Positions 1-15,655 of a stretch of 64,000 nt of DNA are shown one piece after another (position 1 is the stretch's first letter; each line of letters opens with the position of its first letter). The notes beneath the pieces are model-generated. The model had not been told where the DNA came from. It made no database searches and saw only the letters and a list, made by a program, of their open reading frames with translations. The position numbers and the translations under genes are program-made. Source of the DNA: the human T2T-CHM13v2.0 reference genome, Homo sapiens; NCBI RefSeq assembly GCF_009914755.1, contig NC_060942.1; one strand, given 5' to 3'.

Positions 1-1574
1 GTAATCCTAGAGAAAAAATGGAAAGTGCTCTGGGATTGGAGTGGGATTCACACCCATAAAGTGTGTTGCTTAATTTTTCCTCAGTTTTCAGGGTTCGTTT
101 TCTAAGAAGAGAATAAGGAAAAATAGTGTAGACAACTGTAAATTGTAAAAATGCAAATGTATAAGGAAAACCAAACTGTGCAACATATTTAAATTTAAAT
201 ATAAGATATACTTAATGTCAAAAATTGAATGTAATGCTTCTAGATTGTTATTTTTTACATGTGAAATAAAAGTAGTTGAACCTTATTGAGAAATTGTAGA
301 TAATATTAGTGTAGAATCACTTAATAAATAGCTGGTGCTGAGTTTTAAACATGTTCCAGTATTATGTTTTCAGTTTATAAAAAAAAAAATCAAAGAAATA
401 ACTTTTAAAAACAAATTTCCAGGTCTCAAGGTCAACTTACTAAATTAGATTTCTAAAATGAGAGTCCCGGGAATTAATATTTTTATAAATACTTATTCAG
501 TTTCTGTAAGTTTGTAAAAGGAAATCTAACAAAACAAAATGCAGCTTTCAAAATTACTGTAATTAATGATCAAGAGTAGCTTCGTGTGGGTGAGGCAAAA
601 GGGATTCTGCCATTCTAATTCCATCTATGTGGTGTTCCAGTGGCTCATGTAGACAGCAGTACTTTAACTGAAAATGCCCAAGTCTGATCCATCTGCAGGA
701 AGGAAAAATTTGGGTAATTTCACATCATTTGCTACTTCATCAAATTACGACTGGAGTTCTTCTCTCTCCTGGAGCAACACATAATTTCCCATGTCTAGAA
801 CTGTAACACCATCGTACTCATCAAATTCAGTTCACTACTGAACTGAAACAACAAACCTCTTCAGATTCTAAATTGCCACATTATTTCTTCAAAAATAAAT
901 AAAATCCTTTCCAGAAACAAAAAGGACTTCGCAAAATTGTGTTCATCCACTAGAGCTAATGGCCTTGCCTTTAGAGAAAATAATTTTTTTCCCTTATTAG
1001 AATAAAATTGTTTTTCCCCTCTGCAGTTACTAACATGAAGCTTGGTGCAGTCACAAAAAAGAAATCAAAGTCTAGAGTAGTGTACTAAAGTCATCACACT
1101 CTGGGACTGTGTTCATTGTAAACAAAAAAAAATCAAATAATTTCTACTTAGACACACTTAAAGCAACATGACATGAAAAATATAGACAACATTCATAGCC
1201 AAGTGAAACAAATTCCATCTTACTCAAATTCTACATTTTACACCATATTAAGGAGGCAATATTAAAATGAAACCTTTCATTTATTTCATCCACATACCCC
1301 AGTGTGCATTCCAATCTTTAAAAAAAAAATGACTATTAACAGTTTATTGCAGAAAACAAGAAAATTACAAAAGAAAAAAGGAGAAAACCCCTGATATTTT
1401 ACCATTAAACGACAATTACATTTGGTTATTAGTATTTCTATTTTCAAGAAAGAATTATCTTCATTATACATCTTCTTCAACCATATTTTAAAATATAAAA
1501 CTCTATCTTTAATATTTTCCAAAAGGATATAAATATTATTAGAGACCATTAGTTTTAGCAACTACCTAGTATCC

Positions 1575-2784
1575 TTTTTACTGTGGTAAGAACACTTAAC
1601 ATTAGATCTACCATCTTAATAAATATTTCAGTATCTATTCAGTAATGCTACCTATAGCATTATAACTATAGTTATATAGTTGCTATACTACTATAACTAT
1701 ATATAGTTATTATATACATATATACATATTATATACATAACTATTGAGCACAATATTTTACAGCAGATGTCTAGAATGTAATTATCTTGTGTAACTGAAA
1801 CTTTATTCACTTGAGTAGGAAGGTTCCATTTCTCCCATCCCTCAGCCCCCGGTAACCATCGTTCTACTCTCTGCTTCTCTATGTTCATTTTGTATGTCCT
1901 ATAGAAGTGGAATTATGCAGCATCTGTCCTGTGTGACTGGCTTATTTCACTTAGCGTAATATCCTCCAGGTTTAACCGTGTTGTTCTTTCTTGTGGTAGA
2001 ATAATATTTCATTATAATGTTTTACATAGTTGCTGCACCAGTATACATTCCCACCAGCACTGTACAAAAGTCTCCTCTTTTTCCACATTCCTGCCAACAC
2101 TTGCTATCCTTTCTTTTTTTGAAACTAGCCATCCAACAAACGAGTTGATAAATAATTGTGGCTTCGATTTGCAATTTTCTGATGATTAGTGATATCGAAC
2201 ATCTATTAATACACCTGTTGGACATTTCTATGTCTTCTTTGGAGAAATGTCTATTCAAGTCCTTAAGCCATTTTTTAATTTGGTTACTTGTGGGTTTTGT
2301 TTTGTTTTATTTTCACTATTGAGCTAAAAGTGCTATTTATCTACTTTGGATATAAACGTTTTATCAGATATATGGTTTGTAAATGTTTTATTTTACTCTG
2401 TTGGTTGCCTTTGAATTCTTTTAGTTGCTTTCTTTACCGAGAAGAAGGTTTTCCATTTTGATATAGCCTCACTTGTCTACTTTACGTATTGTTGCTGGTG
2501 CTTTATGTGTCACATCAAAGAAATCATTGACAAGAACAATGTCATGAAGATTTTTTCCTACGTTTTACTCTAGGAGTTTTACAGTTTCACATTTTAAGTT
2601 CTTCATCCATGTTGAACTGATTTTTAAAAATATGTTATAGTGTAAGGGTCCAGTTTCATTTTTTTGTGTTTGGATATCCAGTTTTATCATTTGTTGCAAA
2701 GACCATTCTTTCTCTATTGTGTATTCTTACCACCCTTGTCAAAAATTAATTGATCATATATATGTGGTATGGTTTCTGTTCCAG

Positions 2785-2830
<46 letters not shown>

Positions 2831-4825
2831 GTCTATCTATACATCTATCTATCTATGTATCTATCTATGTCTTAATACTAGGACCACACTGTTTTAATTA
2901 CTATAGCTTTGTAATATATTTTGAAATCAGGAAGTGTGATGTTTCCAGATATGTTAGTCTTGTTTTAGCAATTCAATGTTTCTTTTTACTCCATATAAAT
3001 TTTAGAATTGCTTTTCTATCTCCTTAAAAAATGTCATAGGGATTTTGTTAGGGATTGCAATGAATCTACACATCATTTTAAGTAATATGGATAATTTTAA
3101 ATAATATTAGCCTTCTAATCTGCTCCTGCATTTGATTTGTTAGTATTTTATTGAAAAAGTTTGCATCTATGATTATCAGAAATATTGATGTGTAGTTTTC
3201 TTCTAATGTGAAGTATTTGGCTGGCTTTGGTTTCAGAGTAATGCTTGACCTAGAATAAATTTGGAAGTATTCCATTATCATCATTTTTTTTCAAAGATGT
3301 AAATGGATTGAAGTTAATTCTATAAATGCTTGCTAGAATTAACAAGTGAATTCATCCAGTCATTGACTTTTTTATTTGTTAGGAGGAATTTGATATTTGA
3401 TTACTGATTCCATCTCCTTACTAGTTGTAGGTTTGTTCAGATTTTCTATTTCTTCTGGATTCAGTTTTTGTAAATATAAGAGAAACATACATAATGAAAT
3501 TTATTCACTTATTCTGTGTTATCCAACTTGTTGGCATGTAATTTTTATAGTAATCTTTTACAATCCTTTTAATTTATGTGATGACATTTGTAATGTTTCC
3601 TCATTAATTTCTAATTTTATTTGTCTTCTCTGTCTTTTCTTATAGTTTACCCAATAATTTGCTATTTCTATTTGTCATTTACAAAAAGCAATTCACATTT
3701 GTTATTTCTTTTCCTATTTTATTTATTTCTGCTCTAATCTTTATTTTCTTCTCCTAACATTAAGCTTACTTCGTTTACTTTTCTAGTTCCTTGAAGCATA
3801 AAGATAGGTTGTTTATTTGAGATATATCTTCTTTTTCAATGTAGGCATTTATTGCTATTTACTTTCCTTTTAGTGATGCTTCTGCTATGTTTGTAAATGT
3901 TGTGTTTTCAGTTTCATTTGTCTCAAGATTTTTGCTCATTTCTCTTTGATTTCTAATGGGCTTTCAGTTTGCTTATCCCGCTTTCTGATTGATCTAGTCT
4001 GCTGTTGAAACTCTGTAATGATTCAGTCCTATAATTCATGTTTAGTACTTTTTTCTATATTTTTTAAAATATTTTATTTCCATTCTTGCATTGTGTTGTT
4101 TATGCATTGTTCTCCTGACATTGGTAAGTGACGTTATGACTGTTATTTTGAATTCTGTGTCAGTTAAATCACATATCTCCATACTAGGATCAATATCTGG
4201 AGATTTATCTTGTTCTTGTTGTTGTTGTAGTTGAAACATAGTACCCCGTTTCTTCAATTCCCTTGACGTTTTATGTTAGTGTCTGGATATTAAACAAAGT
4301 AGCCAACACTCCTAGTCTTCAAACATTAGCCTAGTACAGGATAAAACCATCAGCTTGACCAGAGATTCTGGGTGTCTCCCAAGACTTCATGCTAGTCTAT
4401 ACACTTCCTTTGTTCTCAGTGCCCCCCCAACCCCTGCCCAGCATCTATAGTTTTTCCCAATCCCATCAGCTCCTCAAGATAGGTGAGACAGAAGCCAGGG
4501 CCTCAAGCAGCCACCAGAGAAACTATAATATTGGACATATGGTCCAGTCCTTTCCTTCTATCTCCAGGGAGGAGCTGGAAGCTGGAGGTTTCCTCCTGAT
4601 TATATGCAGCTCTGTTGGGGTAGGGCTTATGGTGAGAAGGCATCACAACAATTTCTACTGGTTTCAATGGGACTGGATTCTCACTTGAGATACAGGACTC
4701 TCTCAACTTGTTCCTGGGTTTTTCACAAAGGAAATGATTCTGTGTGTTCTTATTGAATTGTTGAGTCTATGGAGATAAGGAGGGTCCAGGATTTCCTATT
4801 TTTCCATCTTACTTAAGCACCCCCT
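1575..4825 (-). mobile_element. Old LINE-1 (L1MA/L1MB-type 3' end, L1MA9-like), internally deleted, with ORF2, ORF1 and 5' region remnants
   Basis: 3'UTR-like GTGGTAAGAACACTTAAC..AGATCTACC at ~1583; minus ORFs [32 protein letters not shown] (ORF2 C-term), SITLKPKPAK..ENYTSIFLIIIDANFFNKIL (ORF2) and MEICDLTDTEFKITVI (ORF1 N-term like). Confidence 0.85.
2785..2870. repeat. (CTAT)n/GATA tetranucleotide microsatellite, 11 pure units plus interrupted units, inside the L1
   Basis: Directly visible. Confidence 0.97.
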
Positions 4826-4834
4826 ATAAAGTAT

Positions 4835-4929
4835 CCTATAATGTGGATTTATTATAACTAGTTATCCTTTGTTGGACATTTTAGATTTCCTATTTTTTAA
4901 ATAAATCGTATGGCAAATTTCTTTGTCTA

Positions 4930-4979
<50 letters not shown>

Positions 4980-5120
4980 TTTTTACCTTAAAAAATTATT
5001 TGGCTAAGGGATATAAACATTTTATGAGCTCATGTTACATGGCCTCAAACTGTATTTTAGAAAGTTTGTGGCAATTTATTTTTCTAGAAGCAATACATGA
5101 AAATGCATATTTCACCACAA
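4835..5120 (-). mobile_element. Very old L1ME-like fragment
   Basis: GTTGGACATTTTAGATTTCC and CAAACTGTATTTTAGAAAGTTTGTGGCAATTTA..GCAATACATGAAAATGC resemble antisense L1M 3' ORF2/UTR. Confidence 0.5.
4933..4976. repeat. (GT)22 microsatellite
   Basis: Directly visible. Confidence 0.98.
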
Positions 5121-6599
5121 TTGGTCTATTTCAAATATCCTAATAGAATGAGAAAGTTATGAAGATGTAGGCAAGTGCTATGTATCACATAGTCTCAAGC
5201 AGGGATTTATAGCACCATAAAACCACATGCACCTTTCATTTATATGAGTATTTTTCAGATGGAGGAAACAGAAAAGCAAAAGCATGTGGTCCACAGATTT
5301 TGTCTTGCTCTAAATTACAGATCACTTTCTCTACCTCTCCTACGACCATCATTTTTACTTGTTATTAAAGGTCAGGCGACTACCACTGACCAATGGTGAC
5401 AGTAGGATCACTGGAGTTTGGGTATTATCTGTGACAAATATTTAAAGGTAATGTAAAAAGTACTGATTTAATTTCCACTTTGTTTTAGTTACTACATTAA
5501 TATAAACTTCTTGTGGAAAAAATGCTAAACAAAAATAAATGATTAAATTATGTTATCCTTTTACAGATCTTGATAAAAGTGAATACAGTCATTTTCAAAA
5601 ATGCTATAGAATTTGCACTAGAAACAATATTGCAGTAGTTTGTTTCACATTTTTGCTAACATCATAAGAGGCTATGAATAATTTATAAGAAACTAATTTA
5701 GTCTTGAACATAAATTTTCTGGTGGTGGGGAAAAGCTCTTTATTATGCATGTTTTATGACTTAACTTCTTCTCCTGTCCCTATTAAAATGTACGAGTATT
5801 ACCCTTTCATAGTTTAACTTCTGACTGTATAGATTGTAGACCAGGAGGGACAACTGGGAACATCTCTAGATATATGCTTGTTATAGTTTGGAACACCATT
5901 TTATTTATAATCCAATAGGAAATTGGATTAACATTTTAAATTTCTCTCTTAGGTGCCTCACTTTCCAATCTAATAAAATTCTGTTCACTTAATGGACAAC
6001 ATTTTGGAGATGAAGTCTGCAAAGAACATTTTTTTCTTTTAGATTAAAAAATATACTTCCAATAGCAAAATAAAATATTCAGAGCCATATAAAAAATTCT
6101 ATCATTTTTGCTTCACTGCAAGATACATCCTTAGCCATGAGACCTTTGCAACCCCACTAGATAGCAATGACACTTTGCATGCTTCTGTTTCTATCACCAT
6201 AAATTTCTATTGATCAAGGTACTCATCATATCCTAGTCTTGGGTCCCAGCATAACTGCATGACATCATAGGATAGGCCCAACATGAAAGAGAAATTTCTG
6301 TATCTCAAGGAATATAACCAGTCTACCAGGCTCTGCAGACCCTAGCCCTGTACTTTACTGAACCTTCCTAGATCTGTTATTCATAATTTAAACACTTGTC
6401 TTAAAGCAAGTTTTCCTTGTGGAAAAAAACAAATTAATATAACTTATTTTTCTCCTGATAAAAGACTGTTTATTTCATGTATGGAGAAAGGGCAGTTTGG
6501 AGCGTGGAGCATTTCCAGACATTAGGTGGAATTACATAACCAAAAACAAAAACCTTCAACATTGGGGGACAGAAGCAAGAAATAATCTGTGGCATTGTG

Positions 6600-6810
6600 G
6601 ATAATCCCTGAGTTAGAAGATGTGAGTGTCCATATTCACTGTGGCTCTCAGAAGCTTTTTGATCTTGAATGAAACACCACAGTTTCCATGTCCCCATCTG
6701 GAAGGGTGAAAATACCTAACTTGGGATTTTGTTGTGATCACTGTATCAACCAATATATGTAAAAATCTTGTGTAAATTACAGAGAAACATACATGTATAA
6801 AATATTATTT
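6600..6810 (+). mobile_element. MIR SINE
   Basis: Core-like CAGTTTCCATGTCCCCATCTGGAAGGGTGAAAATACCTAACTTGGGATTTTGTTGTGA and MIR-type tail. Confidence 0.65.
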
Positions 6811-8087
6811 TGCCAAGTAGGGTGAAGGAAATGCATAACATAATCAATAGAAATCTGATATGTTTTGCCTTTCTCATAATATTGCCTAGTTATTACATTG
6901 TTTTTCTGTATAAAAATTGTATTTAATATATATTTCTTATCCTCTTGGAATCAACATATTGAGAGGTTAAAGTCTCCCTACAAGTAGCAAGACAAGCATA
7001 AGTTTTCTATAAAAATAACGGTTCTAATTCAGTTATGATCCATGATTTATTTTTCATCAGTTACACTTAATAATCGTTCAGTAAAGGAAAAGGATCAACA
7101 TCTTTCAGCACTATATTTCTGGGCATCTTTGCAATGCCTTGGCCTAGAAAGCTGGCAGAGTACACTGGAAATAACGTAGGCATTTCAGTATGAGGCAACA
7201 TCTGCACGTTATAGGTGCTTAATAAATAGATGCTTGCTGTCTGATTTGCAATTTAAGATATTCAGGCATAAAAATGAGTGTATAAGTACTTATTCTAAAC
7301 AAATGCATCATTTATAATCATGCTTAACTTAAATAAATTCATCCTGATTGAAATTGAGGGTTTGATGCCACCATGCCCATTTTGCTTTGATACTGTTTAT
7401 TTTTCCATGTTGCTAATTGAACCTGTCACAGATTAGAACTACACAAACTATGCTGAAAGTGTGTCTCAGGAGGGATCTACAGGATAGGGAACAGCTGTGG
7501 GTGTAATTTGTATTTACAGTCAGTTTTTAGAAGTTTCCCCACGCTGGGTTCTTTTCAGCAGCCTGTGGGAAGCAGAGGACATGTACAAGTGGAATTGATT
7601 TTGCAGAACCTGCTGCAGACACTCAGTGCATGTTTGTGAAAATCGAGTTTGGCACCTAGTCACTGAAGTGGAGCAGTGTGTCAGGTCAACTGAGACTGTC
7701 TGCTGATTTGTCTTGCCAAGCAGCTCTAAGGACATGCATAGGAATCGTTAACACCTGACTCTTTCACTTAAATTGACACGTGATACTTTTGACAGGAAAC
7801 ATGACAGACAATTAGCATATCTCATCTATAATATGAAACAAATGAAAAAGAGGACTCCTCTTTTAGTTATTCTCATTCCCGATGCAGGATGTGGGCTGTG
7901 TAAAATCATGTTATCCATCAAAGCAGAAGAGCAGACTATCGAAGTTACCAAAAAGAAACAGAAAAAAGGTTCCTAAATTATTCAAGAAGAGAAACAAAGC
8001 TCTAGGCAGGGGAGTATCTGAAGTATAAACACAAATCTCATTCAAACTTTGAGTCTTTATATGAGTTCATGTCCCTTCTAAGTCACT

Positions 8088-8510
8088 CTTTTTTTAATTT
8101 ATTTTTTACTTTTTTTATTTTACAGCTTTATTCTTAATTTCTATTGCTTTTTGGGTGTGTTTTTTTGGGGGGATACAATAGCTTTTGGCGTACAAGTGGT
8201 TTTTTGGTTACACAGATAAATTATTTGGTGGTGAATTCTGATATTTTAGTACACTCGTCACCTGAGTGGTGTACATTGTACCAAATATGTAGTTTTCTAT
8301 CCCTGGCCCCCTCCCACCCATCTACTCTGAGTTTCTACAGTCCATTACATAACTCTGTATGCCTTTGTGTACTCATATTTTATTTCTCACATAAAAACGA
8401 GAACATATGCTTTTTGGTTTTCCACTCTTGTGTTACCTCACTTAGAATAATGACCTCCAGCTCCATCCAAGTTGTTGCAAAAGTCATTATCTTATTGTTT
8501 TAATGGCTGA
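8088..8510 (-). mobile_element. L1PB (L1PB3/4-like) 3' end, 5'-truncated
   Basis: Poly-T/AT tail at 8088-8120, then AATAGCTTTTGGCGTACAAGTGGTTTTTTGGTTAC..GTGGTGAATTCTGA and CACTTAGAATAATGACCTCCAGCTCCATCCAAGTTGTTGCAAAAG..ATGGCTGA. Confidence 0.88.
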
Positions 8511-8530
8511 CATTAGGGCCTGGTGGCCTA

Positions 8531-8612
8531 TGGCACTGTGGGTCCAGCCTGTGGCCTCTGTGAAGCCCAGCTCCCGGCAGAGGACGTGGGCAGCCTGCAG
8601 CGTGAAGTCATT
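8531..8612 (-). pseudogene. LOXL3: Short displaced fragment of LOXL3 coding sequence (SRCR domain 1), not a functional gene copy
   Basis: Reverse complement of 8532-8612 translates without stops or frameshifts as NDFTLQAAHVLCRELGFTEATGWTHSA, matching my recollection of LOXL3 SRCR1 (..CDDDFTLQAAH[I/V]LCRELGFTEATGWTHSAKYG..); GC-rich island in AT-rich context. Confidence 0.88.
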
Positions 8613-8620
8613 CGGTGCAA

Positions 8621-8801
8621 TCATATGCTGCATAGGTTTGTAGACTAGGAAGAGTAGGTGACATCATATAGCCTAGGTATGTAGTAGGCTATACCATCAA
8701 GGTTTGCAAAAGTATATTCTATAATGTTTGCACAGGAACAAAATCACCTAACAACACATTTCTCAGAACGTATCCCTGTTGTTAAGTAACACAAGACTGT
8801 A
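8621..8801 (+). mobile_element. Tigger3/Golem (TcMar-Tigger) 3' terminal fragment
   Basis: CATATAGCCTAGGTATGTAGTAGGCTATACCATC..CATTTCTCAGAACGTATCCCTGTTGTTAAGTAACACAAGACTG followed by TA. Confidence 0.85.
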
Positions 8802-8949
8802 TATCGTTCACTTAGAGAATTGCACATGTTTAGAAGAAAAATATATTAATTGAATGTTCAACTGTATTTAATTATGCTAGAAAATGGGATTAAAAAAAAG
8901 ATACAATTGCATGTTTGGTGGATACCTGAGTAAAGAAATGCCTAAGACA

Positions 8950-9102
8950 GGAACCCAGAATTTGGTTTGTGTCTCTCATTTGGCTCTCTGTTTGATCTCA
9001 GGCAAGTGACTTAATTTCTCCCAACATTTCTTGTCTCAGCTGTAAAAGGAATGGCTGAGGCTGGGGATTCCCCAAGATCCCTCCTAGTATTAAGCTCCAT
9101 GA
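8950..9102 (+). mobile_element. MIR (MIR3/MIRc-like) fragment
   Basis: GATCTCAGGCAAGTGACTTAATTTCTC..CAGCTGTAAAAGG core. Confidence 0.6.
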
Positions 9103-10229
9103 GTTTATGGTCTCTGTTCTGGTTGTTGCGTGGCTCCAGCATGATGCAGTGACAACAGCCTGTCCAAGTCCCTCAGCCCAGGTGTATGCCATCATCTACA
9201 CCTCCCTATAGTGCAGGTGTGGGTGAGTTGGACTTCACAGAGAGACTGCAGACACTTTTTAGAGTACAGTCACTGACTGACTCATCGTATACCTAACTGC
9301 GGTCTTGGATTTAACAATTTATGTAGTTTCAGTGGCACTGGAAGGCCAATCTTTTGACTATCTTATCAGTCAGTCTGCAAATATTGTCATTTCTTTGGCT
9401 GTGATGGCTCCCAAAAATATTATTTATGTCTTATAAATCCACTTGGTGATGAGAAGGGCTTTGTAATATTTTCAAAATGGGATGAGCTATTGGCACTTCA
9501 TCTTTAAGTTTTGTTTTGTTCTGTTTCCCTGATGGCTGATTTTGAAAGACTTTTTGGGAAAGTGTTGTGGGGAAATAAACTTAAGATGAGAAGGATGTTA
9601 TCAAATAGAATACAGTGATGTATTTTAGGACTCTATGCTAAGTTTGAGTTATTTTGCTATTTTTTCTTCAACTCGAAACAAAAGAGAAAAGTAATTTTAG
9701 AACCTCCTATATACATTTTAAAAATAATGTTAACATTATCCTTAAAATGCTCTTTCAAGGGTAGAGTTCAAACATTAGAACACGATGTTTTTGTTCTCTG
9801 TATCTTCTCTGATCTCTAAAACATCGTCTCCGATAAAATCAAAATAAAATAAAATTATAGTTAAAGTGATGAAAAATGTATAATATATGTACTAATAATG
9901 ATTTATGAAAAAAGAAATTCCAGGGTATAAAAGACACTGCAAATAAGGTTCATTTTAAACAATATTCCTGGGAACAAATTGGAGGCAAGAGTTCATTTAG
10001 AAATCTCTTTTGATTGATAAGTACCTTTAATAAAATAATTTTATTTTCCTCTTTTCAAATCACTGATCATTTAGTTTTATAATATTATCTACTGAATTTA
10101 AAAGTCATATATAGTTATAAGCAAAGATATTAATAAATCCTGCCTGAAAATGACTACCCAAATAATTCATTGCATCAATGACCTAAGTCTTTCATAAGTT
10201 GTTTGTCTACATACAGAAATCCTCTACAC

Positions 10230-10250
10230 AGAGAGAGAGAGAGAGAGAGA
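10230..10250. repeat. (GA)10 microsatellite
   Basis: Directly visible. Confidence 0.95.
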
Positions 10251-11829
10251 AGGTCACAAAATTTGCCCTCTAGGTTCAGTATATCATGTATACTAATGTC
10301 CTAAGCCTTCACATTCACTCACCACGCACTCAGCCATGAATAATGGCAGTGAATCCTGACCAGAGACAACACAGCATTTCTGTTACAAGGAATAGCCACG
10401 TAGTTGTTTTGTGAAATGGGCTCTCGCGAGGGCCTGAAAAATTAAATTTGGTGGTAGTTCCATAGTTCACATAAAATGGCTATCATGGAATATTTTTATG
10501 ACTTTCTGCAAGAAAATGACACTCATAACTTAGATTTAAATGTTTAGGACACTTTTAGTTTTAAAAACATTATCAAATCAGAACTGAATTAAATAAATGG
10601 AGATTCTTCTGCAGGTTTGTGTTGTGTTTTTTCTCAAGAGAACTCTCCTCTGGATGACTTGGTTTTCTGAAGGCCTACTTCACAAGGCAAGTCCACAGCT
10701 ATCCCCTCTTACAGAAATGTGGTGTTCTCTCTGTCAGCATTCGGTGCCATTACGAAGATTATTTATAGTACTTTTGTCTAAAAGTCACAACCTCTGAAAC
10801 TAATAGGAAAGAAGACAGAAGCCAGATTACAGGACAGAACTGCTGCCCCACAAATCAGTATGTAGGAGTGACAGTTAATTCAGCTGATGTTATGAGTTGT
10901 ATCTATTCATCAGGCTACATTTAGGACTTAGGACCCCTGATATAAATAGTGAGAATTTTACGAGAGAATGAGCAGAAGCAGTGGAGCAAGGACCTAAGAT
11001 TAGTTTGAATGAACTATATTTGTTATATAAGTGACATTCTAGAAGGCTCTTTTTAAGAGACAATTGAGTTTTTTATTCTCTTCCTTAACATGATGTTACT
11101 GTACTTGTCACTGTTTTAGATTAGCAATTATTTTATAAGGAATTGACAAAAGACTACATTATTTAATACAATGCATAACCTTCAGCAGATGAAGCAAGGT
11201 GAATACAATGTAAAACTAAAAGCATAGTCTTTTTTATTTTTGCCTTAAGATCAACATAAGCATTATAATGGAGTCCACGAATTATGCATGAACTTTTTCA
11301 TAATGCAGTAATTGTTTCCATGCTTTGCTGTGCTGCAGTGTTTTAAGCTGCAGATGATATTATCTGATGGGTAAATGCAGGAACTAATGAAAGAAAGGCG
11401 TGCCTGTCTCAGGACCTTGAATAAAAAATCAGAAAGGTGCTGATTTGGATAATCGTTAAAAATAAGAATATCAAACTGAAAGGTTTGAGCTGAATTTAGC
11501 CTAATAATGACAGGAAATAGGTCCACAAATTACTTAATGACTAATGGTTAAAATTACTACAAAATACAGTATACAAGAGGGCAGTAATTCGATTTTCATT
11601 AAGTTCTACTTCAACCATATGTCTACACTGATAAAATGATGTGAAGAACTGAAATAGCTTTATAGTTTTATTAAATATCTTGTGTAGGAAAGTTATTTTA
11701 ATAGCTCTGTCATTTTTTCCCTTCAATCATGCTAGTAGTAGGAACAGGATTTAATTTAACGTGTATATTCATACCACATAGGGATTAGTAAATGTTTGAA
11801 TCTTCACAAGTGTCAAGAATTCTACCTGG

Positions 11830-12012
11830 TACTTCATAAATTATCTCTTTCAGTCAGACTACAGTGCTAGAAGGTATGTACTATGATTCCCATTTTATAG
11901 ATAAGAAGCTAAGAATTCATGAAATGAGATGGCTTACCCAAGGCCCACACTAGAGTTCTCAGAGCCACCAAGTTCCGAAAAGGGTGCGTTTTCCATGGTA
12001 ACCCAGTGCCTC
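11830..12012 (-). mobile_element. MIR SINE
   Basis: ATTCCCATTTTATAGATAAGAAGCTAAG..GGCTTACCCAAGGCCCACACTAG antisense MIR core. Confidence 0.7.
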
Positions 12013-12201
12013 ACACACTTCAACTTCTTTTTTCTCAACAAATGCCCCTTCTATAAAATTATCCTTTTATGTGAAAATGTATTTTTAATTTCTGAGACTT
12101 ATTAAGAAAATCCATAAAGACTTTTGCTTTATTCTTGTCTTCACACTTAACATTCCTGTGTTTTCATTTATTTAATTATATGTAGTAGTGTTTAGACTTT
12201 G

Positions 12202-12248
12202 TATTAAATCATCATTTATAATATTAAATCATCATTTATAATATTAAA
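12202..12248. repeat. 20-bp tandem duplication TATTAAATCATCATTTATAA x2.3
   Basis: Directly visible, perfect copies at 12202-12221 and 12222-12241. Confidence 0.9.
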
Positions 12249-12346
12249 TATATATATAAAGGAGATTAGAGTGTTGGGACTTTGCAAAAACAATCGCTTG
12301 AGATTACTGGAATGTTGTTTATTTTATGATAGTGAGAGAGCTAAGC

Positions 12347-15655
<3,309 letters not shown>

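Noticed and set aside
826-847. Hairpin TTCAGTTCA-CTAC-TGAACTGAA
   Set aside because: A 9-bp stem is expected by chance in 64 kb of AT-rich sequence.
2719-3027. ORF with LSIY repeats
   Set aside because: Translation of the (CTAT)n microsatellite inside an antisense L1.
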